This document shows positions 41,845-52,206 of a stretch of 64,000 nt of DNA, in pieces. The translations under genes and the position numbers were made by a program. The notes beneath the pieces are model-generated. The model was not told the origin of the DNA. It searched no databases and saw only the letters and a list, made by a program, of their open reading frames with translations. Within the stretch, counting starts at the first letter, position 1. Every line of letters begins with the position of its first letter. Origin of the DNA: an uncultured Rubripirellula sp. (lineage in GTDB: Bacteria; Planctomycetota; Planctomycetia; Pirellulales; Pirellulaceae); NCBI GenBank assembly GCA_938085445.1, contig CALKGR010000004.1:1-64000 (forward strand), read 5' to 3'.

Positions 41845-43311
41845 ATGACTAAAACCTTGACACACGCAGTAATTGCACTCGCCACGATGATCGTGGGCTC
41901 ACTGATCACGACTGTGATCTTCCTGCTGCCAACCGGACTGCGTACCTCGGTTCAGGCTCAAAACCGAAACTTGGCGGCAGTCGATACGCGGCCTCCTATC
42001 GTGAACGCGGAGAATCTTCGACACGCCCAAAATCTCTCCGATGCCTTTCACAACGTCGCCGAGACGCTGCGTCCTTGCGTGGTCAGCATCAGCACGAAAC
42101 AGTTCGTGATGGACCCTCGAGTCAATCGCATCCCCCCTCAATTCCGATGGCAGTTTGGTCCACGTGAACAAAACGGCATGGGCAGCGGCGTCATCGTTCG
42201 TCCTGACGGTTACATCCTTACGAACAATCATGTCATCGAGGGAGCTGATTCCTTGACTGTCGAGCTATCAGATGGGCAAACCGTCGCAGGCACCGTTGTT
42301 GGAACCGACCCCCAAACCGATTTGGCCGTGGTCAAGATCGATGCACCTAACCTGAGAGCAGCAGCGTTTGGAAATTCCGATGCCACCAGGGTGGGCGACT
42401 GGGTACTGGCGATCGGCAGCCCTTTTGGGCTCGACCAGACGGTCACTGCTGGCATCATCAGTGGTAAAAATAGAGTTCAAGCAATCATTGCGGATGGTGA
42501 TGGTTTTGAAGATTTTCTTCAAACCGATGCTGCCATCAATCCCGGAAACTCGGGCGGTCCGTTAGTCAATTTGCGCGGCGAACTCATCGGAATCAACACC
42601 GCCATCTTGTCACAAAGTGGCGCCAGTGCAGGTATTGGTTTTGCGATCCCCGTTTCCATGGCTCGACCTGTCCTTGAGTCAATCATTCAGAATGGTGAGG
42701 TCCGCCGAGGCTTCCTTGGTGCTCAAGTTGTTGATGTATCTGCGAAACTCACGCAGAGATATGATCTACGGGTTCGAAGTGGAGCGTTTGTGGCAACAGT
42801 GCTACCGGAGCAATCCGCAGATCGTGCAGGCCTGAAAGTGGGTGATGTAGTCACCCGTATCGACGGACGCCTATGTACGGGTGGAACCCAACTTCGAAAC
42901 TATGTCGCAAACCGGCCTCCCGGATCAACGGTTCGAATGGAAGTCAACCGAAACGGCGAAAATATGCAACTTCAAGTACGGCTGACCGAACGCACCGATG
43001 AAGCGATGGCACAATTCCGGCCAGATCGCAACAACTTCGGATCCGAGTTAGTTCCGGTAACTCCCGAAACTCAGCGACAGTACGGATACCGTGGCCTCCA
43101 AAATGGTTTGATTGTGACCAGCGTTGAAGAGGGAAGCCTCGCCGATCAAGCCGACCTTGAGGTAGGCGACGTGATCGAGTCCGTCGGTGGCCTGAGAATA
43201 CGCACCGTCGACCAGCTTGCAGAGATTTTGGTGGAAGCCAAACGCGGTGGCCAATCAGTCCGGATGATCGTCCGACGTGGCCGCGAACGCTTGACGCTAC
43301 TAATCCGCTAA
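41845..43311 (+). CDS. Do/DegP (HtrA) family serine protease with two PDZ domains
   Basis: GSGVI, TNNHVI, TDLAV, QTDAAINPGNSGG; GGAG RBS. Confidence 0.95.
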   Translation: MTKTLTHAVIALATMIVGSLITTVIFLLPTGLRTSVQAQNRNLAAVDTRPPIVNAENLRHAQNLSDAFHNVAETLRPCVVSISTKQFVMDPRVNRIPPQFRWQFGPREQNGMGSGVIVRPDGYILTNNHVIEGADSLTVELSDGQTVAGTVVGTDPQTDLAVVKIDAPNLRAAAFGNSDATRVGDWVLAIGSPFGLDQTVTAGIISGKNRVQAIIADGDGFEDFLQTDAAINPGNSGGPLVNLRGELIGINTAILSQSGASAGIGFAIPVSMARPVLESIIQNGEVRRGFLGAQVVDVSAKLTQRYDLRVRSGAFVATVLPEQSADRAGLKVGDVVTRIDGRLCTGGTQLRNYVANRPPGSTVRMEVNRNGENMQLQVRLTERTDEAMAQFRPDRNNFGSELVPVTPETQRQYGYRGLQNGLIVTSVEEGSLADQADLEVGDVIESVGGLRIRTVDQLAEILVEAKRGGQSVRMIVRRGRERLTLLIR

Positions 43312-43565
43312 TATGCGTGAAGTCTCCGCCCAGGCTTCTGCGAGCACGCTAGTGGCCAGCCACACAGGCGTAGGTAAAGACGGACAGACCTCCGCGAAAT
43401 AGGGAGGCGAAACGGTGGAGAAAACGCAGAGACTGCGCAAAGGATGCCGAGAACGGTGACTTCGGGGAAACGCCCTGACACACCTTTTCGATTGATTTAT
43501 GTTTTTCATCGAATCGGTTGTTGTCCTCGGTTGTAGCAGCGTGGGATACCGTTACATTCGAGGGC

Positions 43566-45548
43566 ATGTCTACCATTGCAAAAAAACTGCCGAAGATCCG
43601 TCAATTGCCTCCCAATCTCATCAACCAGATTGCAGCCGGAGAGGTCATCGAACGCCCCGCGTCGGTCGTCAAGGAACTGCTGGAAAACAGCATCGACGCT
43701 GGAGCCCGTCGCATCGAAGTCACGATTGCCGGTGGTGGTAGCGAACTGATCCGCATCAGCGATGACGGTTGCGGCATGACCTCTGAGCAACTGCCACTGG
43801 CAGTCTCCAGTCACGCAACGAGTAAACTGCCTGACGACGAATCATTATTCCACGTTGCGACCCTCGGGTTTCGTGGAGAAGCGATCGCTTCCATCGGCAG
43901 TGTGTCGCATCTGACGATCCGGAGCCGGACCGAGTCGGAGGACAGTGGCTCGGAACTGGCGGTCCGCGGCGGTGTCATCGAATCGCCCAGCCCCTGTGGT
44001 TGCCCGACCGGAACCGTGATGGAAGTCCGGAACCTGTTTTTCAACACCCCAGTACGACACCGGTTTCTCAAGACGGCCCAAACCGAGCGTGGGCATATCG
44101 TAGAAGCATTCACAAGGCTTGCTCTCGCAAACCCACAGATACACTTTGTACTCACCAACAACGATAAGCAGCTTTACGATCTTCCCGTTACCGAACGTTG
44201 GGCGGCAAGAATCGAAGCATTCTTTGGCGCGGAAGTCTCCGAGTCCCTGATACCCATCAACAGTGATGATGGGCAAATCAAAATCAGCGGCTACGTATGT
44301 GATCCGTCGGTCAGCCGCGGCAACAATCGCATGCAGTATCTATTTCTCAATGGAAGACACATCCGCGACCGGGCTTTGCAACACGCTCTGGGTGAGTCGT
44401 ATCGTGGCATGCTGATGGTCGGTCGGCACCCGGTCTGCTTCCTGCGAATGGACATGCCCGCAGATATGATCGATGTCAACGTTCATCCATCCAAACTTGA
44501 AGTGCGTTTCACTGACGGAGGACGCATTTACAGCCGCCTGCTGCAATCACTGCGGCACCAGTTTCTGACCACCAATCTAACGCAACGTGTCGGCCCCCCC
44601 GAACCCATCAAAGACGAGAATGAACTCAGAACACAACCTTCAAGTGAGTTGGGACTTCCTGTTTCTGTTGAGCAACAACAACGGCAAGCCGTGATTGACT
44701 GGGCACGTACTGGCCAAATAAACAACGACAACGCCAAACGCGATGTACCCATGGGGGGAACCCCCACATTCCAGCCATTTCCCGGCAACACATCCATTCT
44801 CAATCCGGCCGCATCCATCCCGGCCGCATCCAACAACACTGACCTACCAACGAGGAACACACCTTCTGAGCATGAGCAGGCACCGTGGGACAAGCCTGAC
44901 ACCAGTTCAATGAACACGATCCCTGCTAGCCCGACCGAAGGCCAGCCAAGTGTTTGTTATCTGGGTTTTCAGGTGCACAACCGCTATCTCGTTACCCAAG
45001 ATGAATCGGGAATGGTCGTGATCGATCAGCATGCGTTGCACGAGCGTGTGCTATACGAACGTGTCTGCGCAAAAGTCCTGTCCGAAAATGCCTCGCTGGA
45101 ATCTCAACGCTTACTGGTACCCGAGCCGGTATCCCTAACACCCGCTGAGCGAACGGCAGCGATTGACGTCAAAGAAACTCTTGCACGAATTGGAATTGAA
45201 ATTGACGAATTTGGCGGCGAAACAATTTTGATTCACTCCTATCCTGCAATGCTGCCCAAGACGTCACCTGGCGACATGCTGCGTACCTTGCTGGAATCGG
45301 TCATCTCAGCTGGCAAGCAACCCGATCCCAAGGATCTATTGAATCATTTACTGTCGACCATAGCTTGCAAAGCTGCTGTGAAAGCCGGTGATCCGCTGAA
45401 CTCTCAGGAAATCACCAGTCTGCTGGAACAGAAGGATCTTTATCACGAGACGCACCATTGCCCGCATGGGCGTCCAACGGCTTTATTTTTCAGCCGTGAT
45501 GAACTTGATCGCATGTTTGGACGCCTTGGCCCGCGAGCACGCAGCTGA
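43566..45548 (+). CDS. mutL: DNA mismatch repair endonuclease MutL
   Basis: NQIAAGEVIERPASVVKELLENS, GFRGEA, DVNVHP, DQHALHER, ACK, CPHGRP. Confidence 0.97.
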   Translation: MSTIAKKLPKIRQLPPNLINQIAAGEVIERPASVVKELLENSIDAGARRIEVTIAGGGSELIRISDDGCGMTSEQLPLAVSSHATSKLPDDESLFHVATLGFRGEAIASIGSVSHLTIRSRTESEDSGSELAVRGGVIESPSPCGCPTGTVMEVRNLFFNTPVRHRFLKTAQTERGHIVEAFTRLALANPQIHFVLTNNDKQLYDLPVTERWAARIEAFFGAEVSESLIPINSDDGQIKISGYVCDPSVSRGNNRMQYLFLNGRHIRDRALQHALGESYRGMLMVGRHPVCFLRMDMPADMIDVNVHPSKLEVRFTDGGRIYSRLLQSLRHQFLTTNLTQRVGPPEPIKDENELRTQPSSELGLPVSVEQQQRQAVIDWARTGQINNDNAKRDVPMGGTPTFQPFPGNTSILNPAASIPAASNNTDLPTRNTPSEHEQAPWDKPDTSSMNTIPASPTEGQPSVCYLGFQVHNRYLVTQDESGMVVIDQHALHERVLYERVCAKVLSENASLESQRLLVPEPVSLTPAERTAAIDVKETLARIGIEIDEFGGETILIHSYPAMLPKTSPGDMLRTLLESVISAGKQPDPKDLLNHLLSTIACKAAVKAGDPLNSQEITSLLEQKDLYHETHHCPHGRPTALFFSRDELDRMFGRLGPRARS

Positions 45549-45953
45549 CCGCGTTCGTGTGCTCCATGAACCTTTATCAATGTCTGCCATATCGGCATCA
45601 CATTGAGGCATGACAAGCTTGTTTCAAGGCCCACCCAATGCTCGAACACATGTGGACGATGTTTTAACACTGCACCGAAGTCGCTCTGAATTCGCATTAC
45701 GCTGCGACACGTGATATTCTGTTCGCAGTTCGAGACCTCCGGGCGGCATTTTTATCCGCGAAGCTCTATTAGCGGTGAAACGATGAGTTGCATTGATACT
45801 CTCCGTAACGGTGATCCCCGTCGTTGTCTTGGAGTTAGCTGAGCACGATTTATTTGAGGCAACTCCGGAGCCACCGAATAAGCTTAGGCTGATCTCGAAC
45901 CATCCTTCATAATCCATGCATCACATTCATTCTTTCTCGCTTCAGAATATTTC

Positions 45954-47552
45954 ATGCGGTACCCCATAAGCCTCGCCACTGTTTCGGCAGCCCTCGCCAT
46001 CAGCATTCTCAATTCCCAAGATGCCACGGCACAGCATGACCCTGGTCGTGATGCCATGAAATTACTTGTGCAGGACAAATTCAAGGCGAGTCAAGAACGA
46101 CTTGCCAAACCGCCCAAGTCACAGAACAGCCCCATCAGCGAAGCGGAACGTAACTTTGTACTTGCGATACTTACATGCAAGCAAGATCGCCAAGCGGAAG
46201 CGATCAGTCACTTACAAAAGGCGGTCTCGCTTGGACTGCCCATCGAACGCATTCTAGCTGGGCCTCGAGACCTATTCGAACCCCTCAGAAATGACCCAGG
46301 CTACGCTGCATGGCTTTCTGATCTGGAAAAGCCGCTCCTGCATGGCCCCATGTTGTCTTCGGTCACAGATACAACAGCACAGGTTTGGGTGCGAACCGCC
46401 AAACCAATTCAGGTCAAGCTTCGGATACATGAGGCAAACGATGACACACAACCTCGGCAGGAATTTACAACAAAGACAACAATACAGGATGATTACACCG
46501 GGGTCATTGAGGTAACCAACCTGAAGCCCGATACACCCTACCGGTACCAGCTATCGATCGACGGCCAACCAAGAACAGGTCAACTGAATTTCCGAACCAT
46601 GCCCAAGGCCGGTGAGCCGGCGAAGTTTGAAGTTGGCTTTGGTGGTGGGGCAGGCTACACGCCCCAATTCAATCACATGTGGACGACGCTGGCCAAACAG
46701 GCACCGACCGCATTCCTAATGATGGGGGACAATGTTTACATCGATGACCCCACCCATCCAATGACCCAACGCTATTGCTACTACAGGCGACAATCCGAAC
46801 CCCTTTGGAAGTCATTCATTGCTTCCACAGCGATGTACTCGATCTATGACGACCATGACTTTGGAGTTAACGATTGCATTCCTGGTCCAGAAATTGATGA
46901 CCCCGCATGGAAACGTCCCGTCTGGCAAGTGTTTAAACAGAACTGGAACAACCCTGGTTTTGGCGGCGGCGAAAAGCAGCCCGGCTGCTGGTACGATTTC
47001 CAGATTGCTGACGTGCACTTCATCATGCTTGATGGCCGATACTATCGCGACAAAAAAGGGGGCAGCATGCTAGGGCCTGTCCAGAAAGCTTGGCTGATGG
47101 ACACACTCAAGAATTCTCAGTCCACCTTCAAAATCCTGGCTTCGCCCGTACCTTGGTCTCCCGGGGTCAAACCTGGTAGCAAAGACACTTGGGATGGATT
47201 CAACGACGAACGCAATGAGATTTTTTCGTTTGTTCATACCAATCAGATAGACGGCGTCGTCCTGCTCGCCGCGGATCGACATCGCTCGGATTTGCGACGC
47301 ATTCCCAGAAAAGACGGGTACGCTTTTAACGAAGTCATGAGTTCAAGGCTCACAAACGTCCATACCCATGGTTTGGTTGAAAACGCAAAGGGTTCCGAGT
47401 TCATTATTGGTTACAACGAAAAGTGTTCGTTCGGCCTCCTCAATTTCGACACCACCGCGAAAAATCCTTTTATCAAATACACAATCGTCAACATCGATGG
47501 AGAACGGGTTGGCGAAGCCACGCTAAAACTCAGTGAAATGCAGAGTCGCTGA
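45954..47552 (+). CDS. alkaline phosphatase D (PhoD) family protein with helical N-terminal extension
   Basis: signal peptide, HGPML, MGDNVYID, YDDHD, LDGRYYR, DTWDGF, ADRH. Confidence 0.88.
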   Translation: MRYPISLATVSAALAISILNSQDATAQHDPGRDAMKLLVQDKFKASQERLAKPPKSQNSPISEAERNFVLAILTCKQDRQAEAISHLQKAVSLGLPIERILAGPRDLFEPLRNDPGYAAWLSDLEKPLLHGPMLSSVTDTTAQVWVRTAKPIQVKLRIHEANDDTQPRQEFTTKTTIQDDYTGVIEVTNLKPDTPYRYQLSIDGQPRTGQLNFRTMPKAGEPAKFEVGFGGGAGYTPQFNHMWTTLAKQAPTAFLMMGDNVYIDDPTHPMTQRYCYYRRQSEPLWKSFIASTAMYSIYDDHDFGVNDCIPGPEIDDPAWKRPVWQVFKQNWNNPGFGGGEKQPGCWYDFQIADVHFIMLDGRYYRDKKGGSMLGPVQKAWLMDTLKNSQSTFKILASPVPWSPGVKPGSKDTWDGFNDERNEIFSFVHTNQIDGVVLLAADRHRSDLRRIPRKDGYAFNEVMSSRLTNVHTHGLVENAKGSEFIIGYNEKCSFGLLNFDTTAKNPFIKYTIVNIDGERVGEATLKLSEMQSR

Positions 47553-47607
47553 CGACCTAGCAACCAGCGGGCAAATCAAAACCAATTTCGATTCCCTGCT
47601 CAGCCGC

Positions 47608-47673
47608 GAACCCTGTTTTCAGTGACCCCTGTTTTCAGTGACCCCTGTTTAGCCAGTGAACCCTGTTTTCAGG
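47608..47673. repeat. about 16-bp tandem repeat x4 (GA[A/C]CCCTGTTTTCAGT)
   Basis: read directly; the third unit carries a small indel. Confidence 0.85.
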
Positions 47674-47756
47674 GAGCACTCCACGCCCTCAATCCCACGC
47701 CCTCACAAAGCCGTCTCAACGCTAGAATTCTCGCGTACCGCCGGCAGGATCAAATC

Positions 47757-49178
47757 ATGCATCAAACTCAGCGCGTTCGGACATTTGGTTTTCTTATGAG
47801 TCTGCTTCCACTGCTGGCATTAACAGCTTGGGGCAACGAAATACCCGTGTTACGAGCCGGTGCCGCGATGGTTGATATCACTCCCCCTCTGGGTGAGTTA
47901 GTTGTGGGTGGCTTTGTTCCCTTTCCAGCTAACGAAATTCACGATCCCCTTCATGCACGCTGTCTTGTTTTAGATGATGGTAAGAACCGCATGGCGATTG
48001 TCATTTGTGACAATCTTGGGATCGCTCGCTCTGTTTATGACGAAGCACGATCACTGATTTCGAAAAACTCAAAAATTCCGCCTGATCAAATCTTGATGGC
48101 GGCCACGCACACTCATTCAGCAACCCGCGCCCACGAACCAAAGTATAGACCCAAGGTAGTTGCCGGAATTGCAACGGCAGTCGACACCGCGATCCAAAAC
48201 CTGGTGCCAGCAAAAATCGGTTGGGGTGGCGTCGATGAGCCGTCAGAAGTATTCAATCGGCGCTGGCATGTCAGCCAACCCGACATCGCTCGGAACCCTT
48301 TTGGTGGTGTGGATGCCGTTCGCATGAATCCACCTCGGGCAAACGCAGCATTGATCAAGCCTGCAGGCCCCATTGATCCAGAAGTTTCTTTTCTTTCAGT
48401 CCAAACAGCGAAGGGTCAGCCGCTTGCCCTGCTGGCTAATTACTCACTTCATTACGTAGGCGGTGTCAACAAAGGCGATGTGTCAGCTGACTATTTCGCA
48501 ATTTTCTCTCAACAGATCGGCAAGTTATTGGGCGCTGACTCGGTCACGCCACGCTTTGTGGGGATGATGAGCAACGGAACTAGCGGTGACATCAACAACA
48601 TCAACTTTCGCGACGGTAATGCGCGTCGCTATGACCGTTATGAAAAGATGACCGAAGTTGCCAATAAAGTCGCCAAACGCGTGAATGCAGCACACGGCAA
48701 ATTGCAATTCAGTGAAGATGTAAAAATCGGTTCACTCACTCGGGACTTAAAACTAACCATGCGAAAACCAGACCCAAAAATCAAGGCATGGTTTCGAGAA
48801 GTGATGGGAAAGCCAGACGATGCCGAAAAGTTCCATCGATACGAACAAACCTACGCAGCACGTGTTCAAAAGCTGGAGGATGGCCCCAATGAGATCACGG
48901 TACCGTTGCAGGTCATGCGAATTGGTGATCTTGCCATCGCGGCCATTCCTTTTGAAACGTTCGCGGAAATCGGATTGAAAATCAAGGATAAATCACCTTT
49001 CGCCGATACCTTTATCATCGAACTGGCAAACGATTCACGTGGCTATTTGCCTACCCCACGACAACATGAACTAGGCGGCTATGAAACTTGGATGGGCACC
49101 AACCGTGTGCAACTTGATGCATCTGATCTCATCACCAAGACAATTCTGGAAATGATGACCCAATTGAATCAAAATTGA
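47757..49178 (+). CDS. neutral/alkaline ceramidase-like secreted protein
   Basis: AGAAMVDITP, HDPLHAR, ATHTHS, NYSLH, SADY, GTSGDIN, IPFE, GYLPT, GGYE. Confidence 0.85.
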   Translation: MHQTQRVRTFGFLMSLLPLLALTAWGNEIPVLRAGAAMVDITPPLGELVVGGFVPFPANEIHDPLHARCLVLDDGKNRMAIVICDNLGIARSVYDEARSLISKNSKIPPDQILMAATHTHSATRAHEPKYRPKVVAGIATAVDTAIQNLVPAKIGWGGVDEPSEVFNRRWHVSQPDIARNPFGGVDAVRMNPPRANAALIKPAGPIDPEVSFLSVQTAKGQPLALLANYSLHYVGGVNKGDVSADYFAIFSQQIGKLLGADSVTPRFVGMMSNGTSGDINNINFRDGNARRYDRYEKMTEVANKVAKRVNAAHGKLQFSEDVKIGSLTRDLKLTMRKPDPKIKAWFREVMGKPDDAEKFHRYEQTYAARVQKLEDGPNEITVPLQVMRIGDLAIAAIPFETFAEIGLKIKDKSPFADTFIIELANDSRGYLPTPRQHELGGYETWMGTNRVQLDASDLITKTILEMMTQLNQN

Positions 49179-49399
49179 CTGCCACTGCAGAGCAAAAGGC
49201 ATCTGAGCAGAGAATGCCTGCTAAACCGGTACTAATAGTCCCCAAGCAGCCCAATACCTCGCAGGCCCAACACCACCCCATGATTAGCTTATCTATAATT
49301 CTAAAGTACCTGCAGATATTACCATGTGACTGATTCTTCATACCAAATACCAACGCCCGCAGACCAACATCAGACGCTTTGACAACAGGACTAATCAAG

Positions 49400-50557
49400 A
49401 TGATTACACGTAGAGAAATGCTTTTGGCCAGCGGTGGCATTATGATTGCGGGAGGCACGCTCAACTCATCGCGAGCCCAAGCTGCCGAGGCAAAGCAATT
49501 GGTCTATCACACCACTGCACCCAACAATGCCGAGCCTCAACTGAATGATCTAGTAAAATCATGGATTACCCCGACCAAACATTTTTACGTTCGCAGCCAT
49601 GCTCCGAATCCCGTCATCGATCCTGATGCGTTTGAGTTGAAAATCGAAGGAATGGTGAATCGCAATTTGTCGCTGTCACTTAAAAGTCTAGAGCGTTTTA
49701 AATCTCACTCCACCACGGCAACACTTACTTGCGCGGGAAACCGCAGGTCCGAGTACAACGCTGAGGGCAAGGTCGGGGGAGTGCCGTGGCAGTCAGGAGC
49801 AATCGGGAATGCAACGTGGCAAGGTGTTGCACTTGCGGATGTGCTGAAACAAGCTGAAGTCACAACCGATGCCAAACACGTCTGGTTTGAAGGCTTGGAT
49901 GAAATCGAGAAGGGTGGTGGAATCATTCCGTTTGGTGGCTCGATCCCGATTGCAAAAGCCATGATCGGATCGGGGGCAGGGGCCCCCTTACTTGCCAATG
50001 GCATGAATGGTGCTCCACTGACAGCCGACCATGGGTTTCCCTTGCGAACACTCGTCCCAGGCTACATCGGTGCTCGGAGCGTAAAATGGCTCGGTCGAAT
50101 CGTGGTCAGCGATCGGCCTTCCCCCAACCACTATTTGGCAACTGCCTACAAGCTGGTTAAGAACACTACCCCCATTGAATGGGCCGAATCAGGCCCGATT
50201 TATCGCTACCCGATCAATGCTGCCATCTGCACGCCAGCAAAAGACTCAGAACATCCCGCCGGAGAGATTGACCTCACAGGCTATGTCTTGCCCACAGGTC
50301 GCCCGGGAACAACCGTTGACAAGGTTCTTGTATCTGCTGATCAAGGCAAACACTGGACAGAAGCAACGTTGGTTGGGAAAGACAGTGAATTCTGTTGGCA
50401 GCTTTGGAATGCCAAGGTGAAAGTCACCACGGCAACAAAACGATTGATGGTTCGCGCACTCGATACTTCAGGAGGCTTCATGCCCTATCGAGTTCCTTGG
50501 AATGCCAAAGGATACCTGCAGAATTCTTGGTACAAGTTGCCTGTCCAAGTGAACTGA
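49400..50557 (+). CDS. sulfite oxidase family molybdopterin enzyme (SorA-like), Tat-exported
   Basis: TRREML Tat motif, FYVRSH, TCAGNRR Mo-ligating Cys, DHGFPLR..VPG, SVKWL, WNAKGY. Confidence 0.92.
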   Translation: MITRREMLLASGGIMIAGGTLNSSRAQAAEAKQLVYHTTAPNNAEPQLNDLVKSWITPTKHFYVRSHAPNPVIDPDAFELKIEGMVNRNLSLSLKSLERFKSHSTTATLTCAGNRRSEYNAEGKVGGVPWQSGAIGNATWQGVALADVLKQAEVTTDAKHVWFEGLDEIEKGGGIIPFGGSIPIAKAMIGSGAGAPLLANGMNGAPLTADHGFPLRTLVPGYIGARSVKWLGRIVVSDRPSPNHYLATAYKLVKNTTPIEWAESGPIYRYPINAAICTPAKDSEHPAGEIDLTGYVLPTGRPGTTVDKVLVSADQGKHWTEATLVGKDSEFCWQLWNAKVKVTTATKRLMVRALDTSGGFMPYRVPWNAKGYLQNSWYKLPVQVN

Positions 50558-50709
50558 CCATGCTCGTTCAGCACCTCACGCCAGCAAGATGCCCCCAAAC
50601 CACTTCTCAGTACTCTGCCGGCCCATCCACTCTCACAGAAAATAACCGCGAGCCCCTGCTCGGTACAAGAAATTGCTCTGATCAAGCCCCCATCTGACCT
50701 TGTTTCAGG

Positions 50710-51939
50710 CTAGCTCTTCGTGCCCTGTTCTTCGACGCCAAGCCATCGGGCACAGGGCACAAGCGTCAGTCCTTGAATTAAAACAGAGGTCAGAACGATG
50801 AAGAAGATGACATCGAAAACTTCTTCGGCGCCGGGGATACCGTAAGACATGGGAAACGTTGCCAGCACGATGGGAACGGAGCCCCGCAGCCCGACCCACG
50901 AGACATACGCCACTTCGTTACGTGGCATCCGAAATGGCAACAAGCATGCCATGACACTCAGTGGACGAGCGACCAGCATCAAAAAGAGCGCCATTGCAAC
51001 TGCGACTCCCGCAACAGATAGCAGGCGGGAAGGAACCACCAGCAATCCCAAAACGATGAACATTGCAAGTTGCGCTAACCAACTCAGAGCATCGTGAAAA
51101 CGCAAGACTCCCTCATGATGACGGACAATCTGATTACCCAATGTGACGCCGCAAACATAGATTGCAAGATAACCGTTCCCACCTACTAAATTGGCAAACC
51201 CGAATGTCATTAAACCAATGGAGAGAACAAGAATGGGATGCAATCCAGAAGCTGATAACCGAAGCTGGTTCACCACCCGACTACCGCACCATCCCATCAA
51301 AAACCCGGTGATTGCGCCCGCAAATAACTCGGTGACCAGGTTCACCCCAACACCAGCGATCGAAGCATTCTCCGACCCCATCACACCGAGAATCGCCATC
51401 GTCATTAAGACTGCGACCGGATCGTTACTGCCTGACTCAAATTCCAGCAAATGTCGAATGCGTGCTGACGGCTTTACCGAGCTTGTTCGGAACACAGAAA
51501 AGACAGCCGCAGCATCCGTTGAGGATACAATCGCCGCAAGCAGCAACGCTTCCGACCAACTAAGCCCAGCGTCCCCGATATCAAATGTGGAATAGGTTCC
51601 CAGCATGAACCACGCGAATGCGCCCATCGACAAAGTGGTAATCAAAACCCCAAGCGTGGACAGCATCAGTCCGGGTGCCAAAATAGTGCGAACGGATGAC
51701 CATTGAGTATCGAGACCGCCTGCAAAAAGAATGATCAGCAAGGCTACTGTTCCTGTTGCCTGTGCCACTGCAGGAGAATCAAACGAGATTCGCCCGATTC
51801 CCTCCTCGCCTGCCAGCATCCCAATCACAAGAAAGACCAGCAGGGTGGGAATCCCGACCCAGTCCGATAATTTACTGGCAACAACCCCCACGAACAGCAG
51901 GATTCCACCGACCAACACCAGTGTTTCGATTGATAACAT
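50710..51939 (-). CDS. K+/H+ antiporter NhaP2/CvrA-like (membrane domain only)
   Basis: LFAGG, SSTDAAAVF, LEFESGSNDP, GNGYLA, WVGLRGSVPIVLA. Confidence 0.9.
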   Translation of the reverse strand: MLSIETLVLVGGILLFVGVVASKLSDWVGIPTLLVFLVIGMLAGEEGIGRISFDSPAVAQATGTVALLIILFAGGLDTQWSSVRTILAPGLMLSTLGVLITTLSMGAFAWFMLGTYSTFDIGDAGLSWSEALLLAAIVSSTDAAAVFSVFRTSSVKPSARIRHLLEFESGSNDPVAVLMTMAILGVMGSENASIAGVGVNLVTELFAGAITGFLMGWCGSRVVNQLRLSASGLHPILVLSIGLMTFGFANLVGGNGYLAIYVCGVTLGNQIVRHHEGVLRFHDALSWLAQLAMFIVLGLLVVPSRLLSVAGVAVAMALFLMLVARPLSVMACLLPFRMPRNEVAYVSWVGLRGSVPIVLATFPMSYGIPGAEEVFDVIFFIVLTSVLIQGLTLVPCARWLGVEEQGTKS

Positions 51940-52206
51940 TCAGTTTAATTCTCCACCCTGAGCACCGCGTTACGTCGAGGCATCCGCTTCACGCCCTCCT
52001 CGGCTCACAGCATGATCCTTGATGAACATCATGGCAAACACAACTGCTGCAGCCTTGAAAACGGATAAAACATCAAACAAAAAGATGCAGCTGACACCGC
52101 ATTCCCATCCCATTGCAACGATGCCAATTGCAATACGCTTTGGACTGTGCGGGCAGGTGATCCAGAAAATCAGAAACGTACTCCACCCGATTTAGCGACT
52201 TGCGAA

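Noticed and set aside
43312..43520. c-di-GMP-I-like RNA between the protease and mutL
   Set aside because: GAAA and CGCAAA words occur, but not in the required GGCAAAC...GAAA...GACGCAAA order or pairing.
45560..45950. 97-aa minus ORF or possible relic between mutL and phoD
   Set aside because: No recognisable motif in any frame I read.
51940..52206. c-di-AMP, fluoride or Na+/Li+ riboswitch upstream of the antiporter
   Set aside because: Only isolated fragments (CGCTAAATC, GTCAGCT, ATGATGTTC); the conserved cores and pairings are missing.
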